The position numbers and the translations under genes were made by a program. The notes under the pieces were generated by a model. It made no database searches, was not told the origin of the DNA, and saw nothing but the letters and a program-made list of their open reading frames with translations. Shown piece after piece: positions 26,538 through 36,425 of a stretch of DNA of 64,000 nt; the stretch's first letter is position 1, and each line of letters starts with the position of its first letter. Source of the stretch: a virus (taxonomy: Duplodnaviria > Caudoviricetes); the IMG/VR virus record IMGVR_UViG_3300035520_000781, positions 1-64,000 of that record; one strand, 5' to 3'.

Positions 26538-27339
26538 ACTACCTACTGAGAGAAGTGTAGTTATTAACTACAACCCTAAGTTACTTATACTTATGGGTAG
26601 ACCAAAACAAGGTAAGTCCTCATTAGTAGCATCCATTGATGATAATCTTATTATAGATTTGGAAGATGGATATAGAGCACTTTCAGTAATGAAGGTACAG
26701 GCAAGAACTGTGAAAGACCTTGAAGAGATTAAAGCTGCTATTCTTGCTAAAGGTAAGGAACTTAAAAAGGCTCCTTATAGATTTATTACTATTGATAATG
26801 CAACAAGGCTTGAAGAAATAAGTCTTATCCTTGCTGCTGATATGTATAGAAGTACTGCAATGGGTCAAGGTTATGGTTTACTTAAAGATACAACAGGTAT
26901 GCCAATAAAAGACCCAAAGACAGGAAAGACTGTAATTGACCCTAAGGCTGATGTAAGAACACTACCAAATGGTGCTGGTTATACTTATTTGAGGAAAGCT
27001 CTTAGACATCTTATTGATATGTTTAAACCTTTATGTGAGACTCTTATTTTAGTAACTCATGTTAAGGATAAACAGATTAGAAAAGATGGTCAAGAAATGT
27101 CAGAAATGGCAGTGGATTTGGCTGGTAAGTCAGCAGACATTATTTGTGGAGAAGCTGATGCAATTGGCCTTATTTACAGAGATGGTAATAAAACTTTTGT
27201 ATCTTTTGAAGGTGGAGATAACACTATTAAAGAAGCCAGGTGTCCTCATCTTAGAGGTAAAAAGATACTTGTAGCTGAGTCAAATGATAATAATGAGGTA
27301 ACATTTGATGCCTCTAAAATATTTATTAACAACAAATAA
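26530..27339 (+). CDS. AAA ATPase (AAA_24/Sak4-like)
   Basis: GRPKQGKS, IDLEDG, ITIDN, LVTHVKD. Confidence 0.85.
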   Translation: MIELPTERSVVINYNPKLLILMGRPKQGKSSLVASIDDNLIIDLEDGYRALSVMKVQARTVKDLEEIKAAILAKGKELKKAPYRFITIDNATRLEEISLILAADMYRSTAMGQGYGLLKDTTGMPIKDPKTGKTVIDPKADVRTLPNGAGYTYLRKALRHLIDMFKPLCETLILVTHVKDKQIRKDGQEMSEMAVDLAGKSADIICGEADAIGLIYRDGNKTFVSFEGGDNTIKEARCPHLRGKKILVAESNDNNEVTFDASKIFINNK

Positions 27340-27347
27340 TTAAACAA

Positions 27348-27728
27348 ATGGAAAAGAAATTCACAAAGTTCGAGCTGGCAAGATTCAAAAGAACAGCTCA
27401 AAATGTAGAAGAGTATCTCAAGAAGAAAAGAAAACTTGAGGCACAAAAAGAAAAGATTGATGCAGAACTTGCAGAGGTTATTCAATTGATTGAACTTACT
27501 GATGCTCCCACTAAGGCAGCAACTGGTGGTTATGGAACTGAAGATATTATTAAGAAGATAGTCACACCTACAGATAAACTTGATAAGAATGGTAATGTTC
27601 TTAAAATCACATCATTTGAATTTATTTATCCTGAGACTATTATTCCTCCTGTAGTAGAAACTGAAGAGGCACAAGTAGAAGCACCTACTCATGAAGAGGA
27701 AACTAATGAAGAATCATTTAATTTTTAA
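27348..27728 (+). CDS. hypothetical coiled-coil protein
   Basis: 126 aa with acidic tail. Confidence 0.75.
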   Translation: MEKKFTKFELARFKRTAQNVEEYLKKKRKLEAQKEKIDAELAEVIQLIELTDAPTKAATGGYGTEDIIKKIVTPTDKLDKNGNVLKITSFEFIYPETIIPPVVETEEAQVEAPTHEEETNEESFNF

Positions 27729-27746
27729 TCTTAAAAACATAAAATT

Positions 27747-28682
27747 ATGGCAATTGCAAAAGGTACAGAATCAAAGGAAGTAAAGGAGTTTAAAAGATAC
27801 ATTGGTGTAACTCCTGTATTTATTAAAGCAGTAAATCCTGATAAGAAAAAGCATGAAGAGCTGTTTAATACAACTCTTGAAGAAGCTCCTAATTATCTTG
27901 GAACAGTATCTGATTCAGATGGTAAAGAATATGCAAATGCACGAGTTCAGATTGTATTTGAACCTGATACTGAAAAGATTGGCTTTGAAATGCCTCTTGT
28001 TACAATGGCACTCTTCCTTCAGAACAGGGCAAGAGTTGGTGCAACATCTGGTAAAACTCAGGTGATTGATAAATATGGTAGAACTGCATGGGCTTCTCCT
28101 GAGGAACTTGCTTCTCATTCTATCCCTGTTTATTCTAATGGCCCTGCTGATATTGATGCAGATTATAGGCCTGCATATGTAGGAGAAGAAGAACTTATGG
28201 AGCTTGTAAAGACTTATCTTTGCATTCCCAGTGTAACTGTATGGGATAATAATACCAAGAAAATGGTTCCTAATACTAAGGTTAAGCCTGAAGAATGTGA
28301 ATGTAGGTTTGATAATCTTGACAAGATTTTCAAGGGGGATTTCTCTGAAATTATTGATGCACTTGGTTTCCAGCCTACTAATAAGGTTAAGGTAATGCTT
28401 GGTGTAAGGACTGATACTAATACTGGAAGACTTTATCAATCTGTATATACAAAGAAATTTCTTCGTAATTCTTCAAGTTCTTATGCAACTCTTGAAAAGG
28501 AAATTCAAGAAATGCTGAAGAATGCAGCAGCTACTGGCAGAACTCTTAATACTGAATATTCTGCAACTCCTGTGCATGAATATGATGTAGAAGCTACTGT
28601 GTTTGCTCCTTCTAACTCTATTGCTTCTACTGATGACCCTATTGGTGCTCCTGTAGAAGATTCAGGACTTCCCTGGGATTAA
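27747..28682 (+). CDS. putative ssDNA-binding protein
   Basis: Lies between the AAA ATPase and primase; acidic C-terminus EDSGLPWD. Confidence 0.65.
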   Translation: MAIAKGTESKEVKEFKRYIGVTPVFIKAVNPDKKKHEELFNTTLEEAPNYLGTVSDSDGKEYANARVQIVFEPDTEKIGFEMPLVTMALFLQNRARVGATSGKTQVIDKYGRTAWASPEELASHSIPVYSNGPADIDADYRPAYVGEEELMELVKTYLCIPSVTVWDNNTKKMVPNTKVKPEECECRFDNLDKIFKGDFSEIIDALGFQPTNKVKVMLGVRTDTNTGRLYQSVYTKKFLRNSSSSYATLEKEIQEMLKNAAATGRTLNTEYSATPVHEYDVEATVFAPSNSIASTDDPIGAPVEDSGLPWD

Positions 28683-28698
28683 AAAAATCTAATTTACT

Positions 28699-29676
28699 AT
28701 GATAAGTAAGGGCACTAAATCATATGATGATATATCTAAAATAAGGCAAGCTGATATTGCAGCTTATTATTTAGGTGTAAAATCTATTCCATGTTTGATT
28801 AGTAGCCCATTAAGAAAAGACAATAAACCTTCATTTTGCCTATTCTCTAATAATGGAGAAGAAGTAGGTTTTATAGATTACAGTACCAAAGAGCATGGTA
28901 GTATATTTAAACTACTCATGCTTCTTTGGGATTGTGATATAATTGAAGTTAGAAGGAGAATAGCTAATGATTTAGGTGATTGTAATTTGAATACTTTAGT
29001 TACAAATGGTGGTTATTTCAAAGGAGCAACAATAAGAGATAAATCTGATATTGACATTAAATGCAGAGTTAGACCATGGCAATCTCATGATATTGAATAT
29101 TGGGAATCTTATGGAATATCCTTAAAGTGGCTTAAATATGCTGATGTCTATCCTATATCACATAAAATAGTGGTTAAAAATGGCATTAATTATATTTATG
29201 GTGCTGATAAATATGCATATGTATATGTAGAATTTAAAGAAGGTAAAACTACTTTAAAGGTCTATCAACCATTTAATACTAAAGGATTCAAGTGGGCAAA
29301 CAGACATGATAAGTCTGTTATAAGTCTATGGACTAAAGTTCCTAAAAGTGGAGACAGAGTGTGCATATGTTCTTCACTTAAAGATGCTTTATGTTTATGG
29401 GCTAATACTGGTATTCCTTCACTTGCTATTCAAGGTGAAGGATATGGAATGAGTAATACAGCAATTAATGAACTGAAAAGGCGCTTCAATAGAGTCTATA
29501 TTTTATTAGATAATGACCCTCCTGGTCTTGAAGATGCTAAAAATCTTGCTTCAAAAACTGGGTTTATTAATGTTGTATTACCTCCATTTAATGAAGGAAA
29601 AGATATTTCAGACCTATATCATTCCCTTCATGATAAAAACAAATTTAAAGAATTAATATTAGGTCTGTTTAACTAA
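28699..29676 (+). CDS. DNA primase
   Basis: SPLRKDNKPSF; Toprim LLDNDPPG...KDISD. Confidence 0.88.
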   Translation: MISKGTKSYDDISKIRQADIAAYYLGVKSIPCLISSPLRKDNKPSFCLFSNNGEEVGFIDYSTKEHGSIFKLLMLLWDCDIIEVRRRIANDLGDCNLNTLVTNGGYFKGATIRDKSDIDIKCRVRPWQSHDIEYWESYGISLKWLKYADVYPISHKIVVKNGINYIYGADKYAYVYVEFKEGKTTLKVYQPFNTKGFKWANRHDKSVISLWTKVPKSGDRVCICSSLKDALCLWANTGIPSLAIQGEGYGMSNTAINELKRRFNRVYILLDNDPPGLEDAKNLASKTGFINVVLPPFNEGKDISDLYHSLHDKNKFKELILGLFN

Positions 29677-29690
29677 CAAAATTTATACAA

Positions 29691-30353
29691 ATGGAATCTC
29701 GTAAAATCACAATTGTGTCAACAAAGACTCAAAAGAAAAGTGTAATTAACTCAAGTGCAGAAACTCTTGCTGAATTGAAGGCTGACCTTACAGCAGCAGG
29801 TATTGACTATACTGATATGACCTTCTATGAAGGAACTTCAAAGACTGAACTGAAGACAGATGAGTCAATTCTTCCTAAAGATGTTCCTTATACCAATAGG
29901 ACTACTGGTGAAACTATTATCACTAATGAACTTGTGTTTATGTTGACTAATACTAACAAAAAGATTAAATCCGGTATGAATACTGAGCGTCAAAGAGCTT
30001 ATGAGTTTATTAAAGAGCATGACCTGCAAAAGGCTTGCTTGATTAAGTATGGTAAGAACTATACTCAATGCTCTACTGATTTTCTTAATGTACTTATCTC
30101 TGAGTATATCGAAGCTAATAAGGCACCAGAAGGTTCTTCTCTTGCATCTAATTGTTTCCAGGGTGTAGATGCAAAAGCTCGAGAGGCTATTGCTATTCTT
30201 GTAGATGAACTTTATGATAATGGTGATATTATTGGCAGCACCCTGCATAAAGTAAAGAATCTTTTGAATTACCATACTGAAGGTTCTGACCGCGATATTG
30301 ATTCATCCTATAGTGATGATGAAATTAGCAAAATGTTTGAAAATATACTTTAA
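29691..30353 (+). CDS. ubiquitin-like protein precursor (Ubl aa 1-95 plus C-terminal extension)
   Basis: Beta-grasp-like pattern RKITIV/SVIN/TLAELKADL/LVFML ending KIKSG; sits next to E2, JAB and E1 genes. Confidence 0.65.
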   Translation: MESRKITIVSTKTQKKSVINSSAETLAELKADLTAAGIDYTDMTFYEGTSKTELKTDESILPKDVPYTNRTTGETIITNELVFMLTNTNKKIKSGMNTERQRAYEFIKEHDLQKACLIKYGKNYTQCSTDFLNVLISEYIEANKAPEGSSLASNCFQGVDAKAREAIAILVDELYDNGDIIGSTLHKVKNLLNYHTEGSDRDIDSSYSDDEISKMFENIL

Positions 30354-30362
30354 TTAATTATC

Positions 30363-30401
30363 AGGGAAGAGGGAAATTAACACCCTCTTCCCTATTTTTT
30401 T
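30363..30401 (+). terminator. intrinsic terminator
   Basis: AGGGAAGAGGG/CCCTCTTCCCT followed by T7. Confidence 0.8.
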
Positions 30402-30411
30402 AATTGTTATT

Positions 30412-31434
30412 ATGGAACCAGAAAAAACTCCAGTAGATAAAGTTTATGATATATTTAGGAATTTCTATGGAGAAGAGTTTGTAGATAGAAAACCTATAGT
30501 ATGTGGGGAATATATAATAGTCTATTTCCCAAATATTACAGTAACTAATGAAAATAATAAATCCATAGATATTACAAAAGCGTTTGTTAGGGTAAAAGTT
30601 ATTAATACAGGAGAAATTGGCGGTTCTATAGAAATGATTAGAACTGAATATACTTCTTCTCAATTTAACTCGGGATATTGTTTTTCCCACAGGCCATCTG
30701 TATGTGCATCTAATTATACACAATGGAGAGAATGTTGCCTTGGCACAGGCCCAATAAGAGATACTATAATCTCCCTAAGTCATGCTCCTTCTGAAGAAAT
30801 TTGGGAATTATTTTGTTATGAATTATCTAAATATGTAACAGTAGAATCTATTGACGGAACTCCTTATATGTATTTAGAAAGAGTAGGTAATGCAAATGCA
30901 TCTAATCAAGTTTCTTTCCCAATAACTAGAAAAGAAGATATGAGTATTAATTTCTTTAATGAGGATAATAGAAATATACTAAGAAAATTCCTACCTTATA
31001 TAATAAAATTAAGACCATTTAAATTTAATTTCAATAGAGGAAGTTATAGCATAGCTATGTCTTCTTTTGAAATAACTATCACATTAAGTAACTTATTTAT
31101 TCAATGGTATAATTCTCTTCCTCAGGAAGACAGAATTCCAATAGAAAAGTTATTATCTAATTTAACAATAAGAAAGGCCTTCTTAAATCAATATGGCAAT
31201 CTATTTTATGTTTCTGATAGAGACTCTGTTATTAGTTATGAAGATTTAAATAGACCAATTCTAACTTTTAAAGGTACAGAGTATAAGTTACATATAATAG
31301 AAGATTCTCAAAGTAACTTCATCAATGTTCTTGATGAATATATAGTATTTTATATTGTTAATACAATTTTAACCGCAGTAAATTATGGACCAAACACTTC
31401 CAATCCAACTTGTGAAGACATCTACTTCATTTGA
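30412..31434 (+). CDS. prokaryotic E2-like (UBC fold) protein
   Basis: FSHRPS...ECCLGTGP (His..Cys-Leu-Gly pattern) plus gene context. Confidence 0.6.
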   Translation: MEPEKTPVDKVYDIFRNFYGEEFVDRKPIVCGEYIIVYFPNITVTNENNKSIDITKAFVRVKVINTGEIGGSIEMIRTEYTSSQFNSGYCFSHRPSVCASNYTQWRECCLGTGPIRDTIISLSHAPSEEIWELFCYELSKYVTVESIDGTPYMYLERVGNANASNQVSFPITRKEDMSINFFNEDNRNILRKFLPYIIKLRPFKFNFNRGSYSIAMSSFEITITLSNLFIQWYNSLPQEDRIPIEKLLSNLTIRKAFLNQYGNLFYVSDRDSVISYEDLNRPILTFKGTEYKLHIIEDSQSNFINVLDEYIVFYIVNTILTAVNYGPNTSNPTCEDIYFI

Positions 31435-32524
31435 TTTAATTATCCCGAGCTCAGTAGAAAGTAAAATAAGGCATCTCTGTAATAAAATATCTCAAGTAGA
31501 GTGGTCTGGTACTTTATTTTATAATTACTCAGGCTCTTATGAAAAAGGAGATTTGAAAATTACTTGTGTAGATATATTTCCTATGGATATTGGTTCTCAG
31601 GCTTATACAGAGTTTGATATGTCGCCTGATGTAATATCCTATATGACAGATAATAATCTAATTGATTGCCAATTGGGATTAATTCATTCCCATAATAGTA
31701 TGGCAACTTTCTTTTCTCAGACGGACTTAAACACTCTTAGAGATGAAGGAAAGGATAGAAATCACTTTGTATCTCTCATTGTAAATAATGAAGGTACTTA
31801 TACTGCTGCTATTACAAGAAAGATTAAAGGAAAGAAAAAGGAAATACTTGATTTTACTTATAACACTTTTAATGATGAATTAAAACACAGTAAAAGTAAT
31901 AATGAAGTAGACTGTGAGGTTATTCAGTATTCAATGCTTAATATTATCAAACAAGGAGCATCTCAATTTGATGATATTGATGCAAGACTTGCTGAAATTA
32001 AGAAGGCTAAAGCTGAAAAGGCACAGAAGATAGAAGCAGTTAGAAACATTAATCCCAATTATCTTGGTATAGAGCCTATTAAGAATAAAGACATGGGATT
32101 ATTTAATCCTAATTTATTTCCAAAATCTCCATTTAATGAAAAGAATACATTCTATAAAGAAAAGGATTTCTTTAAAGATAGTGACATTACTGTGGATGCT
32201 AAGGATGTAAAAGCTCTTGCAATGCAACTTATTACTGGCTCAATTGTAATTACTGAAAGTAATAATATTGATATGAATAATTGGGCAGCTCAGAGAATGG
32301 TTCCTCTATTTGATAAGAGATTTAATAAAGATATGCTGTTCTTTGAAAATTGGGTAGAGATGTTTGTAGAATTTCTTCTTACCTATTCTGTACCCCAAGA
32401 CTATGAAGTTATTGAAGAAAACTATATGAAAGATATGGCAGATGCAGTATATCTTACTCTAAATAAACTGCCTAAGAATGATTATTTGGAAATTATTAAA
32501 GAGAAACTACTATTATGGAATTAG
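31385..32524 (+). CDS. JAB/MPN+ metalloprotease
   Basis: EWSG...IHSHNSMATFFSQTD (E-HxH-S-xx-D). Confidence 0.9.
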   Translation: MDQTLPIQLVKTSTSFDLIIPSSVESKIRHLCNKISQVEWSGTLFYNYSGSYEKGDLKITCVDIFPMDIGSQAYTEFDMSPDVISYMTDNNLIDCQLGLIHSHNSMATFFSQTDLNTLRDEGKDRNHFVSLIVNNEGTYTAAITRKIKGKKKEILDFTYNTFNDELKHSKSNNEVDCEVIQYSMLNIIKQGASQFDDIDARLAEIKKAKAEKAQKIEAVRNINPNYLGIEPIKNKDMGLFNPNLFPKSPFNEKNTFYKEKDFFKDSDITVDAKDVKALAMQLITGSIVITESNNIDMNNWAAQRMVPLFDKRFNKDMLFFENWVEMFVEFLLTYSVPQDYEVIEENYMKDMADAVYLTLNKLPKNDYLEIIKEKLLLWN

Positions 32525-33336
32525 AAGAAACAGGACTCTCCCAAGAAGAAGCAGAACTTCTTGAGAGAACTTTGGAAGAAGCACACAGTGAAACTATTGA
32601 TATTCCTCTTAATTCTAAGTCAGTTCTTATAGATGACTCTGTATCAAGGTTTAGTTCTGCAGAATGGTTTTCTAAAATTCAACAGCAAAGAGTTATACTT
32701 GCAGGTCTTGGAGGGATAGGTAGTTATGTTGCCTTTCTCCTGAGTAGAATGAAAATAGCCCACTTAATGATGTATGATGACGATATAGTTGATGCTACTA
32801 ATATGTCAGGCCAATTATATGGGGTAAGTAGTATAGGAAAGCAAAAATGTCATGAATTAGGAAGCTTCCTTGTAGAATATTCCAGATTTTATAATTACTG
32901 TATTTACAATAGAAAATATACTGGTCATTGTAATACAGCTAATATTATGATATGTGGCTTTGATAATATGGATGCAAGAAAGACATTCTATTATAATTGG
33001 AGGGGGCACATAGGTACACTTTCACAAGGAGAAAGAGAAAATTGTTTATTCATAGATGGCAGACTTGCAGCAGAAGAATTTCAAGTTTTCTGTATTAAAG
33101 GAACTGACACATATTACATGGATAAATATGAGAAAGAATGGCTATTTTCTGATGAAGAAAGTGAACAAACTGTTTGTTCTTATAAACAAACCTCATTTTG
33201 TGCCAATATGATTGCCTCAGTGATGGTAAATTTATTTACTAATTTTGTTGCTAATCAATGTAATCCCCTTGTAGAAAGAGAACTACCCTTCTTTACCTAT
33301 TATAATGCAGAAAGAATGCTACTAAAAACTGAATAA
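32515..33336 (+). CDS. ThiF/E1-like adenylating enzyme
   Basis: AGLGGIGS, DDDIVDATNMSGQ, CGFDNMDARK, DGRL; putative catalytic TVCS. Confidence 0.92.
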   Translation: MELEETGLSQEEAELLERTLEEAHSETIDIPLNSKSVLIDDSVSRFSSAEWFSKIQQQRVILAGLGGIGSYVAFLLSRMKIAHLMMYDDDIVDATNMSGQLYGVSSIGKQKCHELGSFLVEYSRFYNYCIYNRKYTGHCNTANIMICGFDNMDARKTFYYNWRGHIGTLSQGERENCLFIDGRLAAEEFQVFCIKGTDTYYMDKYEKEWLFSDEESEQTVCSYKQTSFCANMIASVMVNLFTNFVANQCNPLVERELPFFTYYNAERMLLKTE

Positions 33337-33338
33337 TT

Positions 33339-34100
33339 ATGGCATTAGATGTATATCTTAAAAAGTATTTATATAATCCTTCTGGTTATTGCCCTAATGT
33401 TCCACTACTTCCATGTTATGAACATCATAATGTCTTTAATAGGTTTTTAAGTATTATGGCCAGTAAAGAAGATGAAATATTTATCCCAGTAATAAATAAG
33501 TATGCCTTCTTTAATAAGATATACCAAGGATTGATTGAAAAAAATAAAGAAACTATTACTATCGCTTGCCCACTTCCCATTACTGGTTCAGGGGAGAAAT
33601 GTACAGGAACCAGTATTATTGAATATCTATTAAAAACAAGAGTTAATAAAGGCCTCACTGAAGTTACTACAAAAAGAGGAGACGTATTTTATGGAGGTGC
33701 TGGAATTTTACTTAATAGTCGTAAAGATATTTTAATAATATTTGGATATACAAGTAAAATAGTAAATAATAAAATTAAATTAACTGGAATAAAGGGATAT
33801 ATATCTCCATTGGTATTTTTAAGTAATGATATAGTATGCAAAGCAATTATTAAAAATGTTATTCCTTGTGTATCTACTAATCTTATAGCCACTCATAAAA
33901 GTAATTTCCCTTATGGAAAATATGATGCAGATGAAATAGGCACTTATGAAACTCCCAAGCTATTAATTCAAGACTTATCTTATTTAACTTCAAGTCCTAT
34001 TGTTCCTAATAACTATCCAGTTAATTTTACAGATAGAAATGCTAAAATATGGGATTTTATAGATAACTATAATATTCCTGAAAAATTCTTGGAGATTTAA
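33339..34100 (+). CDS. hypothetical protein coupled to the E1 gene
   Basis: 253 aa; starts 2 nt after the E1 stop. Confidence 0.75.
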   Translation: MALDVYLKKYLYNPSGYCPNVPLLPCYEHHNVFNRFLSIMASKEDEIFIPVINKYAFFNKIYQGLIEKNKETITIACPLPITGSGEKCTGTSIIEYLLKTRVNKGLTEVTTKRGDVFYGGAGILLNSRKDILIIFGYTSKIVNNKIKLTGIKGYISPLVFLSNDIVCKAIIKNVIPCVSTNLIATHKSNFPYGKYDADEIGTYETPKLLIQDLSYLTSSPIVPNNYPVNFTDRNAKIWDFIDNYNIPEKFLEI

Positions 34101-34111
34101 ATTTTTATTAT

Positions 34112-34119
34112 TATCTTTG
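34112..34119 (+). promoter_or_regulatory. Bacteroidota-type promoter
   Basis: TATCTTTG. Confidence 0.65.
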
Positions 34120-34145
34120 CACAGTAACTTTTAATTTTAATAATT

Positions 34146-34631
34146 ATGAATCATATTAAAGTAATTGATTTGACACCAGTTAAATTGGATGTTGAAACCC
34201 TTATGGCTAAACTTGATGCAGTTATTGATTCTTATATGAAAGAATCTGCTACTAAAGAAAAGTTTAGGAAAAGAGAAAAAAATGTTGAAATTCCCTCTGA
34301 CCTTACTTATTATTTCAAGAAAGTCGCAGATAAGAAAGGATGGTCAGTAGAAAGAGTAGATAGATGGCTTGGTAATATTGCAGATGTTCATCCTATGGCA
34401 GCTATCAATATTATACTTAAAGAAATTGCTGTAGAGCTGGATAAAAAATATACCGACCACATTAGTAATAGTAAAGACATTTTCTGCATTAGTTCTATTA
34501 ATGGTGAAATCTGCAAACTTGATAAGTCAAAGATTAAAAGTTATAAGCACTTTGCAGCATTTAGAACATTTGCAGATGCTAATATAGCATTTAATATGCT
34601 TGCCACTCCTCTTAAATCTATGTTTAAATGA
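34146..34631 (+). CDS. hypothetical protein
   Basis: 161 aa ORF. Confidence 0.75.
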   Translation: MNHIKVIDLTPVKLDVETLMAKLDAVIDSYMKESATKEKFRKREKNVEIPSDLTYYFKKVADKKGWSVERVDRWLGNIADVHPMAAINIILKEIAVELDKKYTDHISNSKDIFCISSINGEICKLDKSKIKSYKHFAAFRTFADANIAFNMLATPLKSMFK

Positions 34632-35074
34632 TAGAAAACAAGAAGATAAAAAATGCTACAGAGTGTGAATTAGACGGTATTAATTTTAGAAGTAAACAAG
34701 AGAGGTCTATTTACAAGTATCTTTTATCTATTGGTATAACCCCTCAGTATGAATCTGAGAGATTTACAATATGGGACAGGGATAAATTCTCTGTCCCATT
34801 TTATGATAGATATGGGAGAACTTTTAAAAGAATAGATAGAAAACCTACTTCAGTTCATTACACTCCTGATTTCATCTTTAATGTGGGTGATATAAAAGTT
34901 ATTTTAGAAGTCAAGGGATTTAAGAATGATGCAGTTCCTTATAAAACAAGATTGTTCAGAGATTTACTTGAAAAGATTAAAGATAGCTCAGGAGAAAAGT
35001 TATGCTATGCAATAGTATATACTATCAAGGACTTAAAATTTTTATTAAATGATTTGCAAAATTCAAGAGAATAA
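34628..35074 (+). CDS. PD-(D/E)XK endonuclease (DUF1064/resolvase-like)
   Basis: DGINFRSKQE...YTPDF...LEVKG. Confidence 0.85.
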   Translation: MIENKKIKNATECELDGINFRSKQERSIYKYLLSIGITPQYESERFTIWDRDKFSVPFYDRYGRTFKRIDRKPTSVHYTPDFIFNVGDIKVILEVKGFKNDAVPYKTRLFRDLLEKIKDSSGEKLCYAIVYTIKDLKFLLNDLQNSRE

Positions 35075-35084
35075 CTTATCTTTG
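35053..35084 (+). promoter_or_regulatory. Bacteroidota-type promoter
   Basis: TTTG (-33) and TATCTTTG (-7). Confidence 0.7.
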
Positions 35085-35106
35085 CCCACTTTTAATTTCA
35101 AAAATT

Positions 35107-35388
35107 ATGAAACAAAGTCCATTGCAAAGAATAGAAAGTCTCATCACTACTTTGCCAGGAAAAGATGCTGAATTAGCTAAGAAATACTTTAAAGAAAGAA
35201 ACTTTGAGTATATTCTTGAATTAGTTAAGTCTGATTTATATAAAGCAAATAAAGCAAAGAGGGCACAAAAAGTGATAACAGAAGTAGAGGATTTAGATGA
35301 AAGTATAGCTTCTTTACTATCATTAGAAGAAGAACTAATACTGTATATGTCTTATCTTGATATAGACCTCTCGAACTATGATGATTAA
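35107..35388 (+). CDS. hypothetical protein
   Basis: 93 aa ORF. Confidence 0.7.
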   Translation: MKQSPLQRIESLITTLPGKDAELAKKYFKERNFEYILELVKSDLYKANKAKRAQKVITEVEDLDESIASLLSLEEELILYMSYLDIDLSNYDD

Positions 35389-35390
35389 TT

Positions 35391-36425
35391 ATGAGAAAGA
35401 GTTTAAAAGAAATATCTTGGTTAGTAACAGAACTAGAGTATAGACAAGACCCCGCACTATCTTACTCTACATTAGCTAAATTTGAAAGAGAGGGGTTTGG
35501 AAGTCTTGATAAATTATTTGATAGAGTAGACACTCCTTCATTACAGTTTGGAAGTCTTGTAGATACTTTAATGACAGGTACTCAAGAAGAATTTGATGAG
35601 CACTTTATGGTGGCTCAATTAGATAATAGTTTGTCTGATACTCTTATTACTATCACTAAAACTCTCTTTGAAAAGTGGAATACTGTTTATTCATCTGTTA
35701 CAGATATTCCTGATGATTATCTTATTGAAACTATAAGTGAAATTCAGTGGAATAATCATTGGCAAGCTAAAACAAGAGCAAAGAAAATTAAAGAAGATTG
35801 CTCGGGATATTATAAATTACTTTATTTGTCAAGAGGTAAAACTATTATAGATACATTCACCTATCAAGATGCTTTAAATTGTGTAGATAAACTTAAATCT
35901 GCTCCATCAACAAGATTTTATTTTGAACAAGATAATGTCTTTGATGATAGTATTGAAAGACTATATCAATTGAAGTTTAAAGCTACTTTTGATAATGTAG
36001 ATTATAGATGTATGGCAGACCTTTTGGTTGTACTACATGACAAGAAAGTTATAGTTCCAGTTGATTTAAAGACTAGTTATAAACAAGAATATGACTTCTA
36101 TAAAAGCTTTGTAGAGTGGAGATATGATATACAAGCCAGACTTTATTGGAATATTATAAGAGCTAATTTAGACAAAGATGATTATTTTAAAGACTTTAAA
36201 CTTGCAGATTATAGGTTTATAGTTATTAATAGAAAGTCTTTAAATCCACTTGTTTGGAACTTTGACAAGACACAAAGTTTAGAAGAAATTACTACAAAGA
36301 ATAATACAATATTGAGGCATCCTTTTGAAATAGGAAAGCAGCTAAAAAGGTATCTTGAAGAAAAACCAGTAGTGCCTGATGGAATAGAACTAATTAAACC
36401 CAATGAAATAAGTGATAAGATATGA
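35391..36425 (+). CDS. PD-(D/E)XK exonuclease (RecE/ExoVIII-like)
   Basis: LSYSTL, FGSLVD, ADLL..VDLKT, YDIQARLY. Confidence 0.85.
   Translation: MRKSLKEISWLVTELEYRQDPALSYSTLAKFEREGFGSLDKLFDRVDTPSLQFGSLVDTLMTGTQEEFDEHFMVAQLDNSLSDTLITITKTLFEKWNTVYSSVTDIPDDYLIETISEIQWNNHWQAKTRAKKIKEDCSGYYKLLYLSRGKTIIDTFTYQDALNCVDKLKSAPSTRFYFEQDNVFDDSIERLYQLKFKATFDNVDYRCMADLLVVLHDKKVIVPVDLKTSYKQEYDFYKSFVEWRYDIQARLYWNIIRANLDKDDYFKDFKLADYRFIVINRKSLNPLVWNFDKTQSLEEITTKNNTILRHPFEIGKQLKRYLEEKPVVPDGIELIKPNEISDKI

Noticed and set aside
32515-33336. ThiF as a thiamine/molybdopterin biosynthesis gene
   Set aside because: No pathway partners in the window, no CxxC zinc motifs, and it is coupled to JAB and E2-like genes
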